Source: Scyliorhinus canicula
Taxonomy: Eukaryota
Direction of reading: 5' to 3'
DNA length: 64,000 nucleotides
Assembly: GCF_902713615.1 (NCBI RefSeq)
Contig: NC_052157.1
Span: forward strand, 3,658,001-3,722,000
How positions within the stretch are numbered: position 1 is the first letter of the stretch; each line of letters opens with the position of its first letter. Of the stretch, positions 47,495 to 58,609 are shown piece after piece. Below the pieces are notes generated by a model that was given only the letters and a program-made list of their open reading frames with translations, did no database searches and had not been told where the DNA came from. The position numbers were made by a program, and so were the translations under genes.

Positions 47495-47500
47495 AATAAA
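47495..47500 (+). terminator. Polyadenylation signal of the crystallin gene
   Basis: AATAAA 31 nt after the stop, with T-rich sequence downstream. Confidence 0.6.
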
Positions 47501-49642
47501 ATATCACAATTTTATTATTGGCTAACTTTGTAGCAGTGCAATTATTAGCTGCAATGATCGTTCACATTTTCACAAAGCCCTACATATTTATTATCGTACA
47601 GCAATACTTCAAATATGAAAGGAGGTTTTAAGACAGAAAAAAAACCCAGTTTCCTGAAACAACTCAACCAGCCAGGAGGTAAATACTAACACTGTCACTC
47701 TCCTCTCAAATGCTACTCCCCTCCAAAGCCTTGATTGGAGATCCCACAAATTCTTCACCAGCGTTCATAATCTGGCATCACCACTTTTCTGGTTCATTTC
47801 TGTTTGAGCATTCCCCTTTAGCTCACCAACAGCTCTTGCCCCAGCAGCCAAGATGCTGCATGTTGGCGTTAACTATTGGGCGGCTCACGGTGCCGAGGTC
47901 CCAGGTTCGATCCCAGCTCTGGGTCACTGTCCCTGTGGAGTTTGCACAAGGTAGGTGGATTGGCCACGCTAAATTAACCCCTTAATTGAAAAAAAATAAT
48001 TGGGCACATTTCAACAGATGGATTCTATTTGAAGCAAATGCGAATGGAAAAGAAAACACAACAGAAGTGTTATTTTTACTGAAAAAAGTGGTCACTGGCC
48101 AGGCTAAGGTGTGACAGGATGTAAAATCTTGTTAGGTTTTATGGTGTTCTTTTCTTAAAGAGACAAACTTAAACAGTCACAGTTTTAACATCAGACAAAA
48201 ACTTAATGCCTTTGAAGCAGTACCTTGAGATCATGACTATAACCGAAAAAAACATTCACTGGTAGTTCACAGCCTGCTGCATTTCTAAAGTAACACAAAA
48301 AAACCTTATAATGTGGCCTTTAATCCATCTACAATATATTAGAAATCTTACGCGTGGGTATAACAATAAATCCCAAGCAGTACTTGACCCGTCTCTCAGA
48401 GGCTGTGGAATTGGCTACACGCTGGAAACTTGACAGGAAAATAACTGCACTGTAAAAACACAGGGAATGACTGAATTACAGGGGTGATTGTACAAATCTG
48501 CACACTTGCTCTGCTGGCCTGGAGCACTGGCGAGAGCTGAGCTGGAGGGGGGTACAGGGTGAGTCTCATTAACAGATATGCTGTACTTGCAGGTGAGACT
48601 CCACAAATTCACCTGTAGCTAGATCTCGTGTGCAAGATAGCTGCAGTCACACAAGTCAATGAAGGAACAAGTGTGGAGGGTCTCAAACAGTGTTGTGAAG
48701 AATATCCAAAGGACTCTGATAGCAGTTGGCTGAAGGTGGTGATTATGACCCTATGCTAAGAGGCTGCAGTAATTGCACTCGTCAGCTTTTTAAAAAACAT
48801 ACATGAAATGTGTAGCAGTAAAATAATGTTAAAATTGCTTCCAAATTCAACAAAACTTACTCCATGCAAAAAGACAAAATGTTTAGCCAGACTTAGCTCA
48901 TCCTCAACATCAACATCAAATACACCTTCTTTCTTTAACACATTTAAAAGTGGAACATTATTTCAAAGACATGTTTGCTCAAGGCCAACAATATTTAATT
49001 CCTTAGGATGTTTTACATGAGATGCGTGCGCCGCAGTATTGGTTAGCACCATTAGAGAACCTCAGTGAGACTCCCAAATAGTCAAGTTCCCCAATTAGCC
49101 GATGACAGATACTGCAGTATTTGACCACAGGTCTTGTGGACCTTTACACCTGTCTACTGTTCTGATATCCTCGCACCAATGGCCCAAATAAATGTTCAGG
49201 ATTGTAGCATCTCACACCCTCTTTATTCCACTATCGCGCTTTTTGGCTTCTTTTTTTTTGACCCATGATTTTTCAATGCTTTCCTGTGCCAGAAACATAC
49301 ACATCATCTTTATTCAACAAGCTGATGGAAGTCCCCAGTCCTACATTTCCTTTCACCTTCAGTCTTTCGCAGCAGTCAAGACAACTAGAAATTCCGTTCA
49401 ATGTTCCAATCGTTAAAACTGCAGGCTGAGAAATGGCAGAATGGCTGATTCCCCCCCCACTGTGACAACCATCTGCCCAGTGTCTAGCTTACCCTGCAGT
49501 TATTGGAAAACCATGCATTTTGACATCATCAGAATCGGAGGCTTCAATCTTTACAAGTGCAGTCCAACACTTCACCTGAAACAGGAATGGAGTGCGTTCT
49601 GGTTGTGCGACGTCTTTGCATCTTTGTCTTAAAATGACCCAT

Positions 49643-49777
49643 TTAGGAGTTGTACTCTTCATCCTCTTCCTCCTCCTCTTCCTCATCTCCCGGTCTTAAA
49701 TTTCTAACTGACTGCAACGTGGTCAGCTGAAGCTGGGTTTGATTGATAACACTTACATCATCTACCTGCATCGAGGA
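49643..49777 (-). CDS. SNAPC5: SNAPC5 last coding exon: SSMQVDDVSVINQTQLQLTTLQSVRNLRPGDEEEEEEEDEEYNS*
   Basis: ttctacag| acceptor; INQTxLxL motif and acidic tail as in recalled human SNAPC5. Confidence 0.92.
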   Translation of the reverse strand, partial: SSMQVDDVSVINQTQLQLTTLQSVRNLRPGDEEEEEEEDEEYNS

Positions 49778-52068
49778 CTGTAGAAAGAAATAGAGCAAGT
49801 GAAAAATATCACAACAGTCATTTATTGATAAAGACAGACTAGGCTAAAACTTCAACGCATCTCAAATTTCTCATATGTTGGGAGCACTACTTTTCCACAA
49901 TTATCATTATGCTGTTAAATTCTGTACTTGTGCATCAAATGAATAGCTGATTGTACTCCATTCTTTTTCAATGCTGACTTCAAAGCTCACTGGGGCAGAA
50001 TGAATTAGTCGGTTTCAGAGAGTGGATGAGGACAGTGCAATTGAGGTGTACATGGACCATGTATCTTCGGCATATTTGCAACCCTGAAGTCCATTCCAAT
50101 GGATATCCATCACAGAAACAGACCATTCAGCTTGACTAGTCCATACTGGTCTTTGTACACCAGCCTTTTTATGAACGCATTATTTCAGGAGATGCGAGTC
50201 GCTGACAATTTGTTTTCCATCTCTAATTGCATGTGGCTTGCTGCTCCATTGCAAAGGGCAATTAAGAACCAACCACATCGCGGTCTGTCTGGAGTCGCAT
50301 ATCGACCAGACCGGGTAAGGATGGCAGATTTCCTTCCCTAAAAAAGGACATTAGTGAACCAGATGGGTTTTACTAGCTTTACATTCCAGATTTATTAATT
50401 TAGTTGAAGTTACACCAGCTGCCTTGGTGGGATTTGAACCCCTTTGCCTGGGTCTCTGGATTAACAGCCCAGTGATATTACCATGACACCACATCCTCCT
50501 CCCATCCTTCCTCATCTAATGATATCAGCATAGCCCTTTATTCCTTTCTCTCGTGGTTACCTAGCACACTCTTAAACACATCCCACCATTGATCGCAACC
50601 ACTCCCTTTGTTAGAAAGTTCCACATTTTCGCCATATAGTTAATGAAGTTTCGTCTGAATTCCCATTGGATTTCTCGATGACTTTGGTTATAAATTGGAG
50701 AAGATGGAACTGCTCTCCTTGTACAAGAGAAAGTTTAAAAGAGATTTAATTGAGGTATTGAAAATCATGGGTGGTGTTTGGGGGGGGGGGAAGAGAGAGA
50801 GAGAGAGAGAGAAAAAGAGGAGATTGGGACAGAATAGGCAGGGCGAAAACTATTCCCATTGGTGAAAGGATTGAGAACCAGCGGACACAGATTTAAGGGG
50901 ATTGGTAAAACAGCAATGATGACACGAAGAAAAACTTCACACAGTGAGCATTAGATCAGGAATGCACTGACTGAATGTGATGGAGGTAGGCTCAATTGAA
51001 TTATTAGTGGAAAATGAAGAATATGCAGGGCTACGGGAAGGGGCAGTGGAATGGTTCCTGATACCATCCTTTTAAATCTTCTCTGCACCCTCTCCACTGC
51101 TTCTATTTTTAATATATGTCTGCCAGAACTAAGCAGTATTTTAGCTGTGGTCTAACCAAGGTTTGATATAACTTCCCCACTTTTCCAATTCCATCCCACT
51201 AGAAGTAAAACCTAGCGCTTATTTTTTAAAAATGGTCATACCATCTTGTGGCACACCTTTTAGCAATGGATGGATTTATATTGAGATCCTTTTGTTCCTC
51301 TACCCACCTAGATTTAAACCTATATGACCTTCCCATTCCTCCTATCTCACACTTAGTGTTATATGCTTCGTTTATCAATTATTTGTCCAATCTCCATTGT
51401 TATTCATGTCCTTCTGTAATTTGTTTAGGAAGGATGTCAGGGCCTTGGAGAGGTGATTTACTAGGAACAGCAGGCCATTCAGCCCGTCGAACCTGTTCTA
51501 CCATTCAATACCATCATGGTTGATCAGATACTTCAATGCCTTTTACACACACTTTCCCCATAACCCTTTGCATTAAGTTTCTGATTAACAATATCGATCT
51601 ATCACCAGAATAATTCCAGGAGAAAGGGATTACAATTACAAATTTCGAAGCTCGGGTTGTTCTCCTTAGAATAAAGATGGTAAGGAGGAAATGTGATAGA
51701 GGTATTTAAAATCATGAAGGATCTGTTCCCAATGGCTGAAGAGTCAAGAGTTAGAGGACATTGATTTAAATGATTGATTAAAGAGCCAGAAAGGAGATGA
51801 AGAAAATCATTTTTAAAATGCAACAAGCACACAGCAATCTATCTAGTCACATTCCACCGTTCTTCCCTCATACACTGCAAGCCTTTCATGCAGAAGAAAT
51901 TGGAGCATAGATTGAACTAATGAGTTGGAAAGCACAAACTGATATCAGATGAAAAGAATTAAAATGGTACGCACAAATACTACCCGTTGGCATTTACTGG
52001 AGTTTCCTACAACTCATTTTCCTACGCAAGAAATTAAACATTTACATCTTGGGTCACACTCCTCTCAC

Positions 52069-52167
52069 CTCTACAGGTTCAGATGCCTGACCACAGCTGT
52101 CACTGTCACCATTCTCGTCATCACCTTGCTTGGTGTTGATCATTGAGCGTAGAGCCAATTCTTCTAC
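52069..52167 (-). CDS. SNAPC5: SNAPC5 coding exon 2: VEELALRSMINTKQGDDENGDSDSCGQASEPVE
   Basis: cttcag| and |gtgaga, 99 nt, phase 0/0; VEELAL motif. Confidence 0.93.
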
Positions 52168-52212
52168 CTGAAGGTGCAACACACCCATTTGTACAAGAAC
52201 ACATTCCAATAC

Positions 52213-53020
52213 GAATAGGATAACATTGGACTATTTTAGACTGCACCAGGGGATGAGACAGGGATGTCCCCTCTCCCCACTGCTATTCGCGCTAGCTATA
52301 GAGCCATTGGCGATTGCTCAGAGAGCCTCAAGGGGCCGGCCGGCCCGGGGGGGGGGGTGGTGGTGGTAAGAAGGAGCACAGAGTCTCGCTCTATGCAGAC
52401 GACCTGCTTCCTCAAGGGGCTGGTCTGGGGGGGCACAGAGTCTCGCTCTATGCAGACGACCTGCTTCAATATGTATCGGACCCAATAGAGGGGATGGAAG
52501 AAATTATGAAGATTTCAGGGAAATTTGCCCGTTTTTTGGGGTATAAGCTAAATATGGGGAAAAGTGAGATGTTTGCAGTCCAGACGAGGGGACAGGGGAG
52601 TCGATTGGGGGAGCTGCGTTTAGGGTGGTGGGGGAAGCTTTAACTACCTAGGCATTCAAGTGGCGTGGGAATGGGACCGGCTGCATAAATGAAATCTGGC
52701 CCGACTAGTAGACCAAATGAAGGACGATTTCCGAAGGTGGGACGCGCTCCCGTTGTCATTAGCTGGGAGGGTGCAGATGGTGAAGATGACGGCCCTCCCG
52801 AGAGATTCCTGTTTGTGTTTCAATGTCTCCCCATCTTTATTCCGTGGTCCTTTTTTAAAACAGGTCAACAAAGTGACCACTGGCTTTGTTTGGGCGGGCA
52901 AGACCCCGCGAGTAAGGAAGGTAATGCTTGAGTGGAGTTGGGGAAAGGGCGGGCTGGCCTGCCAAATGTTACTAACTATTACTGGGCGGCGAATATAGCC
53001 ATGATCAGGAAATGGGTGGT

Positions 53021-53060
<40 letters not shown>

Positions 53061-53708
53061 CAGCATGGGAGCGTATGGAGGCGGCGTCATGCAAAGGCAC
53101 CAGTTTGGAGGCGTTGGTAACTGGGCCTCTGTCGTTCCCGCTGGCACGGTACTCCACCAGCCCTGTGGTGGTGGCAGTCCTGAGAGTCTGGGGGCAATGG
53201 AGGAGGCATGTGGGAGCATCGGTCTGGTCCCCAATCTGTAATAATAATCGGTTTGCCCCGGGAAGTATGGATGGAGGGTTCCGGATATGGAGGGGAGCAG
53301 GGATTGAGAGGATGGGGGATATGTTTATAGAGGGGAGCTTTTCGAGTATGAGGGCACAGGAGGAGAAGTTTGGCTTTGTGAGGGGACTCAGAGCCCCCGA
53401 AGTCGGAGACCTGGTTATCGGACATGGCTAGCTTTCTCGGTCTGGAAAAAAATCAAGTTCGCCTTGAGGGGGTCACTGTTAGGGTTCGCCCGGAGGTGGC
53501 AACCGTTTGTTGACTTCTTCGCGGAAAATTAATCATCAGCAGAAAGCGGGGGGAGGGTTTAGTTTAGCTTAGAGTAGGGGGTTAATAAAGGTGGGACCTG
53601 TAAGGGAGGGAGACAGCTTTCGCACTATGTTTATAGTTTCATGTACATTGTTTATTTTGTTGTTGCTACAATACCAAAAATACCTCAATAAAATATTTAT
53701 TAAAAAAT
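52213..53708 (+). mobile_element. L1/Tx1-like LINE fragment (RT domain to 3' end, internally deleted) with 18-bp TSD
   Basis: RQGCPLSPLLF-like and SLYADD motifs; TSD AAGAACACATTCCAATAC at 52195-52212 and 53709-53726; related to 33027-34595. Confidence 0.88.
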
Positions 53709-54789
53709 AAGAACACATTCCAATACAATGCTGGTATCAAATATTTTGAATAGCTTGCATTCAACCCAGGCATACCAAGGTGCTTAAAAGAGGAATAAAG
53801 CTGTACGAAGTCACCGGAAGGAAGAGATCATTTAACCCTTCAATTCAATTGGATTATGGCTAATCTGTACCTTAACTCCACTGACTTGGCTTTTTTGGGG
53901 TGTATATCCCACTCTTGTCGTTCCCAGATCAGAATTAGTGCATCTGACTCAGGTGACCTGCCCTTTCCAGGGCGAGGCGTTTAGGCATCCCACAACCCTT
54001 CCCATAGCTGCAGGGCCCAGGGTACCAAAGCCACTAGATAAGAACATCCTGCATGATGTTAACCTAGAATTTAGAATCAGAACTCCACCCTTCACTCCAG
54101 GCTCCAAACCTTCCACTTGCTGACTTGGAAGGAATGCTAATCACTAACTAAAGCCTCGCCCCACTGAATGTCTTTGCCGAAGAAAAAAAAAAAATTCCTA
54201 ATCTTTCAAATGACTCGCCACGGCTTCTTAGTGAGGTTTGGCAGGGTGGGGGTGCTTTTCCCATTTTCTGGGAAAGCGTTTACTGATTAAACAGTGAGCA
54301 AGTGGCATGAAAATGGAAGAATGAGAAAATACTCTTCAAAATAGAAGAAATAATGATGAATATTTTACACTCTCCGAAATGTAGCTTTTATATACTTACT
54401 GCACTAAAGCTGATTGTATTTCCCAGCCCAGGTCTGTTGATTAGTCTGTTGCAGCATTTTGTCAAATGAGAAAGCTCAGGGGTGCTTTATCGACATCACA
54501 GGAGGGAACAAAGCATAAAACTCAAGAGTGTTTATTTGCATGATGGGAGCAGAGATCCCCTTCACCCTGAACCCCCAGCCCAAACTGCTCCAATCACAAA
54601 GCAGCAGGAACAAACAGCAGCAATAATGAAATGGTGGGGGTGGGAAGAAGGTTCACAAGCCTTATTGCCAACCTGTGCTCTACTGGAGGCATTTGCTTAC
54701 TGGTGAAAAGGCACTTCATTGAAGTACAGGTCAGAGAGTGAGTTAGTTCTATATGTAAACAATAAATATGCAATGTTCTTTGGGTTTAC

Positions 54790-54879
54790 CTTGAGCCGGT
54801 TTAATTGATCCTGTAAACTGGTTTTGATTTTCAGTAGAGCTTCCTCTTCTTTCTTCAGCTCCTGCAGCCGGCTCAGCAT
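54790..54879 (-). CDS. SNAPC5: SNAPC5 coding exon 1: MLSRLQELKKEEEALLKIKTSLQDQLNRLK
   Basis: Matches recalled human MLSRLQELRKEEETLLRLKAALHDQLNRLK; |gtaaac donor; acceptor at 54909. Spliced protein is 107 aa. Confidence 0.96.
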
Positions 54880-56531
54880 TCTGAGCCCGTTGGAATTTAA
54901 AGCTTCACCTGTAGAAGGAATAACTGCACCTTTTGAATAATTGCGCCAAGAGATGCTCCGGATTATGCATTGCACTCTTTGTATGGAGGGGGCAGTCTTT
55001 GTCTGAAGGCAGGATAGAGGAGCAATAACAGCTTTGGTTAAAGCACGCTGCTAATTAAAAGTAAAAAAGAACATCAGGCGAGACAAGCAGCTTCCCGTCA
55101 ACATCTGAAACAGAAAAAAACAATTTAGCAGCTTTTATGGAGTCACATAAACAATGTTAGCTAATCCTCTGCTCACAAACACCACATTTTTAAATAGCCA
55201 AAGGCATTTACACTCTGCCCACACCCTACCCAATTCAAGCATACACAGCTTAAACAAGCAGAAAACGTCCCCCCCGTCTTCCCCCCCCCCCACCACCCCA
55301 ACTTGAGTTAAGATTAATGGATGATCTAACAGATGTTTAAAATGATTTGACAGGTTAGATACAGAGAAACTTATATCCACTGGTGGGGGAAATCAGAGAA
55401 AGTGGTCACAGCTTTAAAATTCGAGTGAGGCCATTCAGAACGCAATCAATCTAAAATGGTCTCCCGCAAAAAGCTGATGCTAGGAGCAAATGAAAATTAG
55501 GTACAGATGTCCATGAAAATGGAGCTAAAGTGAGTTAATGGGGTTGAGAACAGATTTGATATAATTGAACATTGGAACTGGCTCGAGGGGTTGAATGCCC
55601 TATTTCTGTTACTAATTTGTAAATAAATAACGTACACACATCTTCATAGAGTTACAAAATGTTGGCAAAGGTTAACTTCCTGAACAGCCATACAGAGCCA
55701 CAGGTTCTATCTGCAGCGATGCAAACTTTCATTTAAAGAAATATGCATAGCTTCGGACCAAAAAAAAACCCTTTATTTGTGCTTGCAAATCAGAATCACA
55801 TAGCACAAAGAGAATGGCCATTATATCTGTGCCGCTTCTTTGAAACATTTAGCTTAATGCGTCTCTTACGATAAACCTGGGAAAGAATTTCACCTTATTT
55901 ACTCTCCAAAAACCCCCAGGATATTGACCCTTCTCTCAAATTTCATTGAAGTAAATGGAAGATCAAAGACTGAATATATATAACTTGCCAAAAACACTTA
56001 ATCAATATAATTGGCAGAAATTCACAACTAGAAATGACTGTCGGCTTAAAATATCACACCTCCAACCCTATGGCATTTATTATCTGTTGGACTTTAACCT
56101 GGTGTTGTAAAGATGACAGAAAATTCCAGAAATGCACAGCATTCATACCAACTCATAAAGGTTGAACACTTCAGACTTTAATTTCAGGTCCGTGATCATG
56201 CACATTCCCCCACATTTAAAACTTCTGTAATGGAGCTGCTAGCAGCTTGCATTTATGTAGCACCATTAACATTGTAAAGCATCAGAGAAGCATAAATGCA
56301 ACATTTTGCATTAGAGTTAATAAGACTGGTGATTAGACTATAAGATATAGGAGCAGTATTAGGCCTTTCAGCCCATTGAGTCTGCTGTCATTCAATCATT
56401 GCTGATATGTTCCTCATCCACATTCTCCTGCCTTCTCCCCAATGGGGTTTCCTATTGTGGGCAGCCCCACGCCGTCGGTAAATCACCATGCTGCTGACGA
56501 AACAGAGAATCCTGACAGCGGAGAATCCGCT

Positions 56532-56885
56532 AGCACGGTAGCATTGTGGGGGGGGGGGGGGGGCAGCACAGTAGCATTGTGGGGGGGGGGGGGGGCAACA
56601 CAGTAGCATTGTGGATAGCACAATTGCTTCACAGCTCCAGGGTCCCAGGTTCCATTCCGGCTTGGGTCACTGTCTGTGCAGAGTCTGCACACCCTCCCTG
56701 TGTCAGCGTGGGTTCCCTCCCACATTCCAAAGATGTGCAGTTACGTGGATTGGCCATGATAAATTACCCTAAGTGTTGGGTGGGGTTACTGGGTTATGGG
56801 TGGAGGCGTTGACCTTGGGTCGTGTGCTCTTTCCAAGAGCCGGTGCAGACTCAATGGGCCAAATGCATTGTAAATTCAATGATAT
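56532..56885 (+). mobile_element. V-SINE with triplicated head separated by poly-G runs
   Basis: GCAC(G/A)GTAGCATTGTGG-like motif occurs three times, two copies followed by G runs. Confidence 0.75.
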
Positions 56886-57069
56886 TAATCAAGAAACCCC
56901 CTTACTAATCAAGAACCAGCTTTGTGATTGATCTGCTGTTTCCTACAGGGTTACAGACCAAGAGCTGGAAGGTGAAATAAAACAGAATAGTTAAATTTTA
57001 GAACATAAGAACTAGGAGCAGGAGTCAACAATTTAGCCTCTTGAGCCAGCTCCATCGCTCAATGTGATT

Positions 57070-57345
57070 ATAGAACATAGAACAGTACAGCACAGAACAG
57101 GCCCTTCGGCCCTCGATGTTGTGCCGAGCAATGATCACCCTACTCAAACCCACGCATCCACCCTATACCCGTAACCCAACAACTCCCTCCCTTAACCTTA
57201 CTATTAGGACACTACGGGCAATTTAGCATGGCCAATCCACCTAACCCGCACATCTTTGGACTGTGGGAGGAAACCGGAGCACCCTGAGGAAACCCACGCA
57301 CACACGGGGAGGACGTGCAGACTCCACACAGACAGTGACCCAGCT
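57070..57345 (-). mobile_element. 5'-truncated V-SINE with CR1-derived tail, inside an older CR1 3' end
   Basis: Reverse complement of ~35820-36095. Confidence 0.85.
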
Positions 57346-58112
57346 GGCTGATCTCATCATGGCCTCAACGCCACCATCGTGCCAGTTCTCCATAACCCTT
57401 CAACCCATTGCCAATTAACAATCTCTCTAACTCCTCCTATCCCTGCATCCCCCACATTCGTAGCGAGTGCCACAGATTCACGACCCTTTGGAAGTAGTTT
57501 TTCCTCAAATCTGTTTGAAATTTGCTACCTCTTATCCTGAGACTATGGCCCCTCATTCTAGTTAACCGTATAGATTTCTATCTGTTTGGAACTGGGACCA
57601 TTGGACCATTCCTCCCACAGCCTGGCGATGGTGGATAACACTCCTGCATTGATATAGCACCGTGCACTGCCCCCCAGATGAGCCGACGTGCTTTATGGCT
57701 AGTAAGAGACAGGGCAGCAGCGGATTTATGCTCCTGATGCCGCAGACAGCAGCGGGGCGGTGTGTTGTTGTTGATGGAGGAATGAGGAAGGCCCGGACTG
57801 GGTTTGGCCACAGGCCCAGCCGGCGGTCCGCAGGGCGGGGCGGGGGGGTTCCGGGGATTTATTTCCAAGGCAGTGAGGCCTGTCTGCAAAACCAGACCAC
57901 GAACCAAGTCTAATTGTCCAGTTCTGAGTCCCCAGGCCCCTCCGCCGCCATTTTCCTCTCACCTCCACATGAACCGAATTCCAACCGACTCCTTTCGTCA
58001 CTTCCCATAGTTAGCGCATGCGCAACAGCGAGTTTAATGTGGTGAAACGTGAGCCGTTCAGGTTCCCGCATGCGCGAGACCGACTCCGCCACCAACAACT
58101 GACCCCATCCAC

Positions 58113-58430
58113 CGGCCCCGCCCCCGGTGACCCGCCCCGCCCCCGGTAACAGGCCCCGCCCCTGGTTACCAACCCCGCCTCCGGTGATGGCTCCCGCCCC
58201 TAGTAACAGGCCCCGCCCCCGGTGATGGGCTCCGCCCCTGGTAACAGGCCCCGCCCCCGGTAACAGGCCCCGCCCCCGGTAACAGGCCCCGCCCCCGGTG
58301 ACCCGCCCCGCCCCTGGTTACCAACCCCGCCTCCGGTGATGGCTCCCGCCCCTAGTAACAGGCCCCGCCCCCGGTGATGGGCTCCGCCACTGGTAACAGG
58401 CCCCGCCCCCGGTAACAGGCCCCGCCCCCT
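58113..58430. repeat. GC-box minisatellite (~20-bp GGTAACAGGCCCCGCCCCC variants)
   Basis: About 16 units with higher-order duplication. Confidence 0.9.
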
Positions 58431-58479
58431 GTGAGGGGTCGGAATGCAGTCGGGCGGACGGCAGTTTCCCGCCTCCGCC

Positions 58480-58549
58480 ATGGAGTCCTGGCAGCCGGCA
58501 GAGTTTGTGCAGCAACACTGGCTGGAGGCCTGTTCCTTCGCGGCGGCGG
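58480..58549 (+). CDS. Candidate first coding exon of an unidentified gene: MESWQPAEFVQQHWLEACSFAAA
   Basis: Strong Kozak CCGCCATGG downstream of the GC boxes; donor either G|gtgaga at 58549 or CAG|gtgggg at 58609. Confidence 0.45.
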
Positions 58550-58609
58550 GTGAGAATCTCCAACTTCCAGATACTGTCCGCGGAGCGGGAGGCGCTCGGC
58601 CACCATACA

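Noticed and set aside
58480-58549. Assigning the exon to ZWILCH or CTC1
   Set aside because: Only a faint WLE-x-x-F resemblance to recalled CTC1 and none to ZWILCH; not enough for a name.
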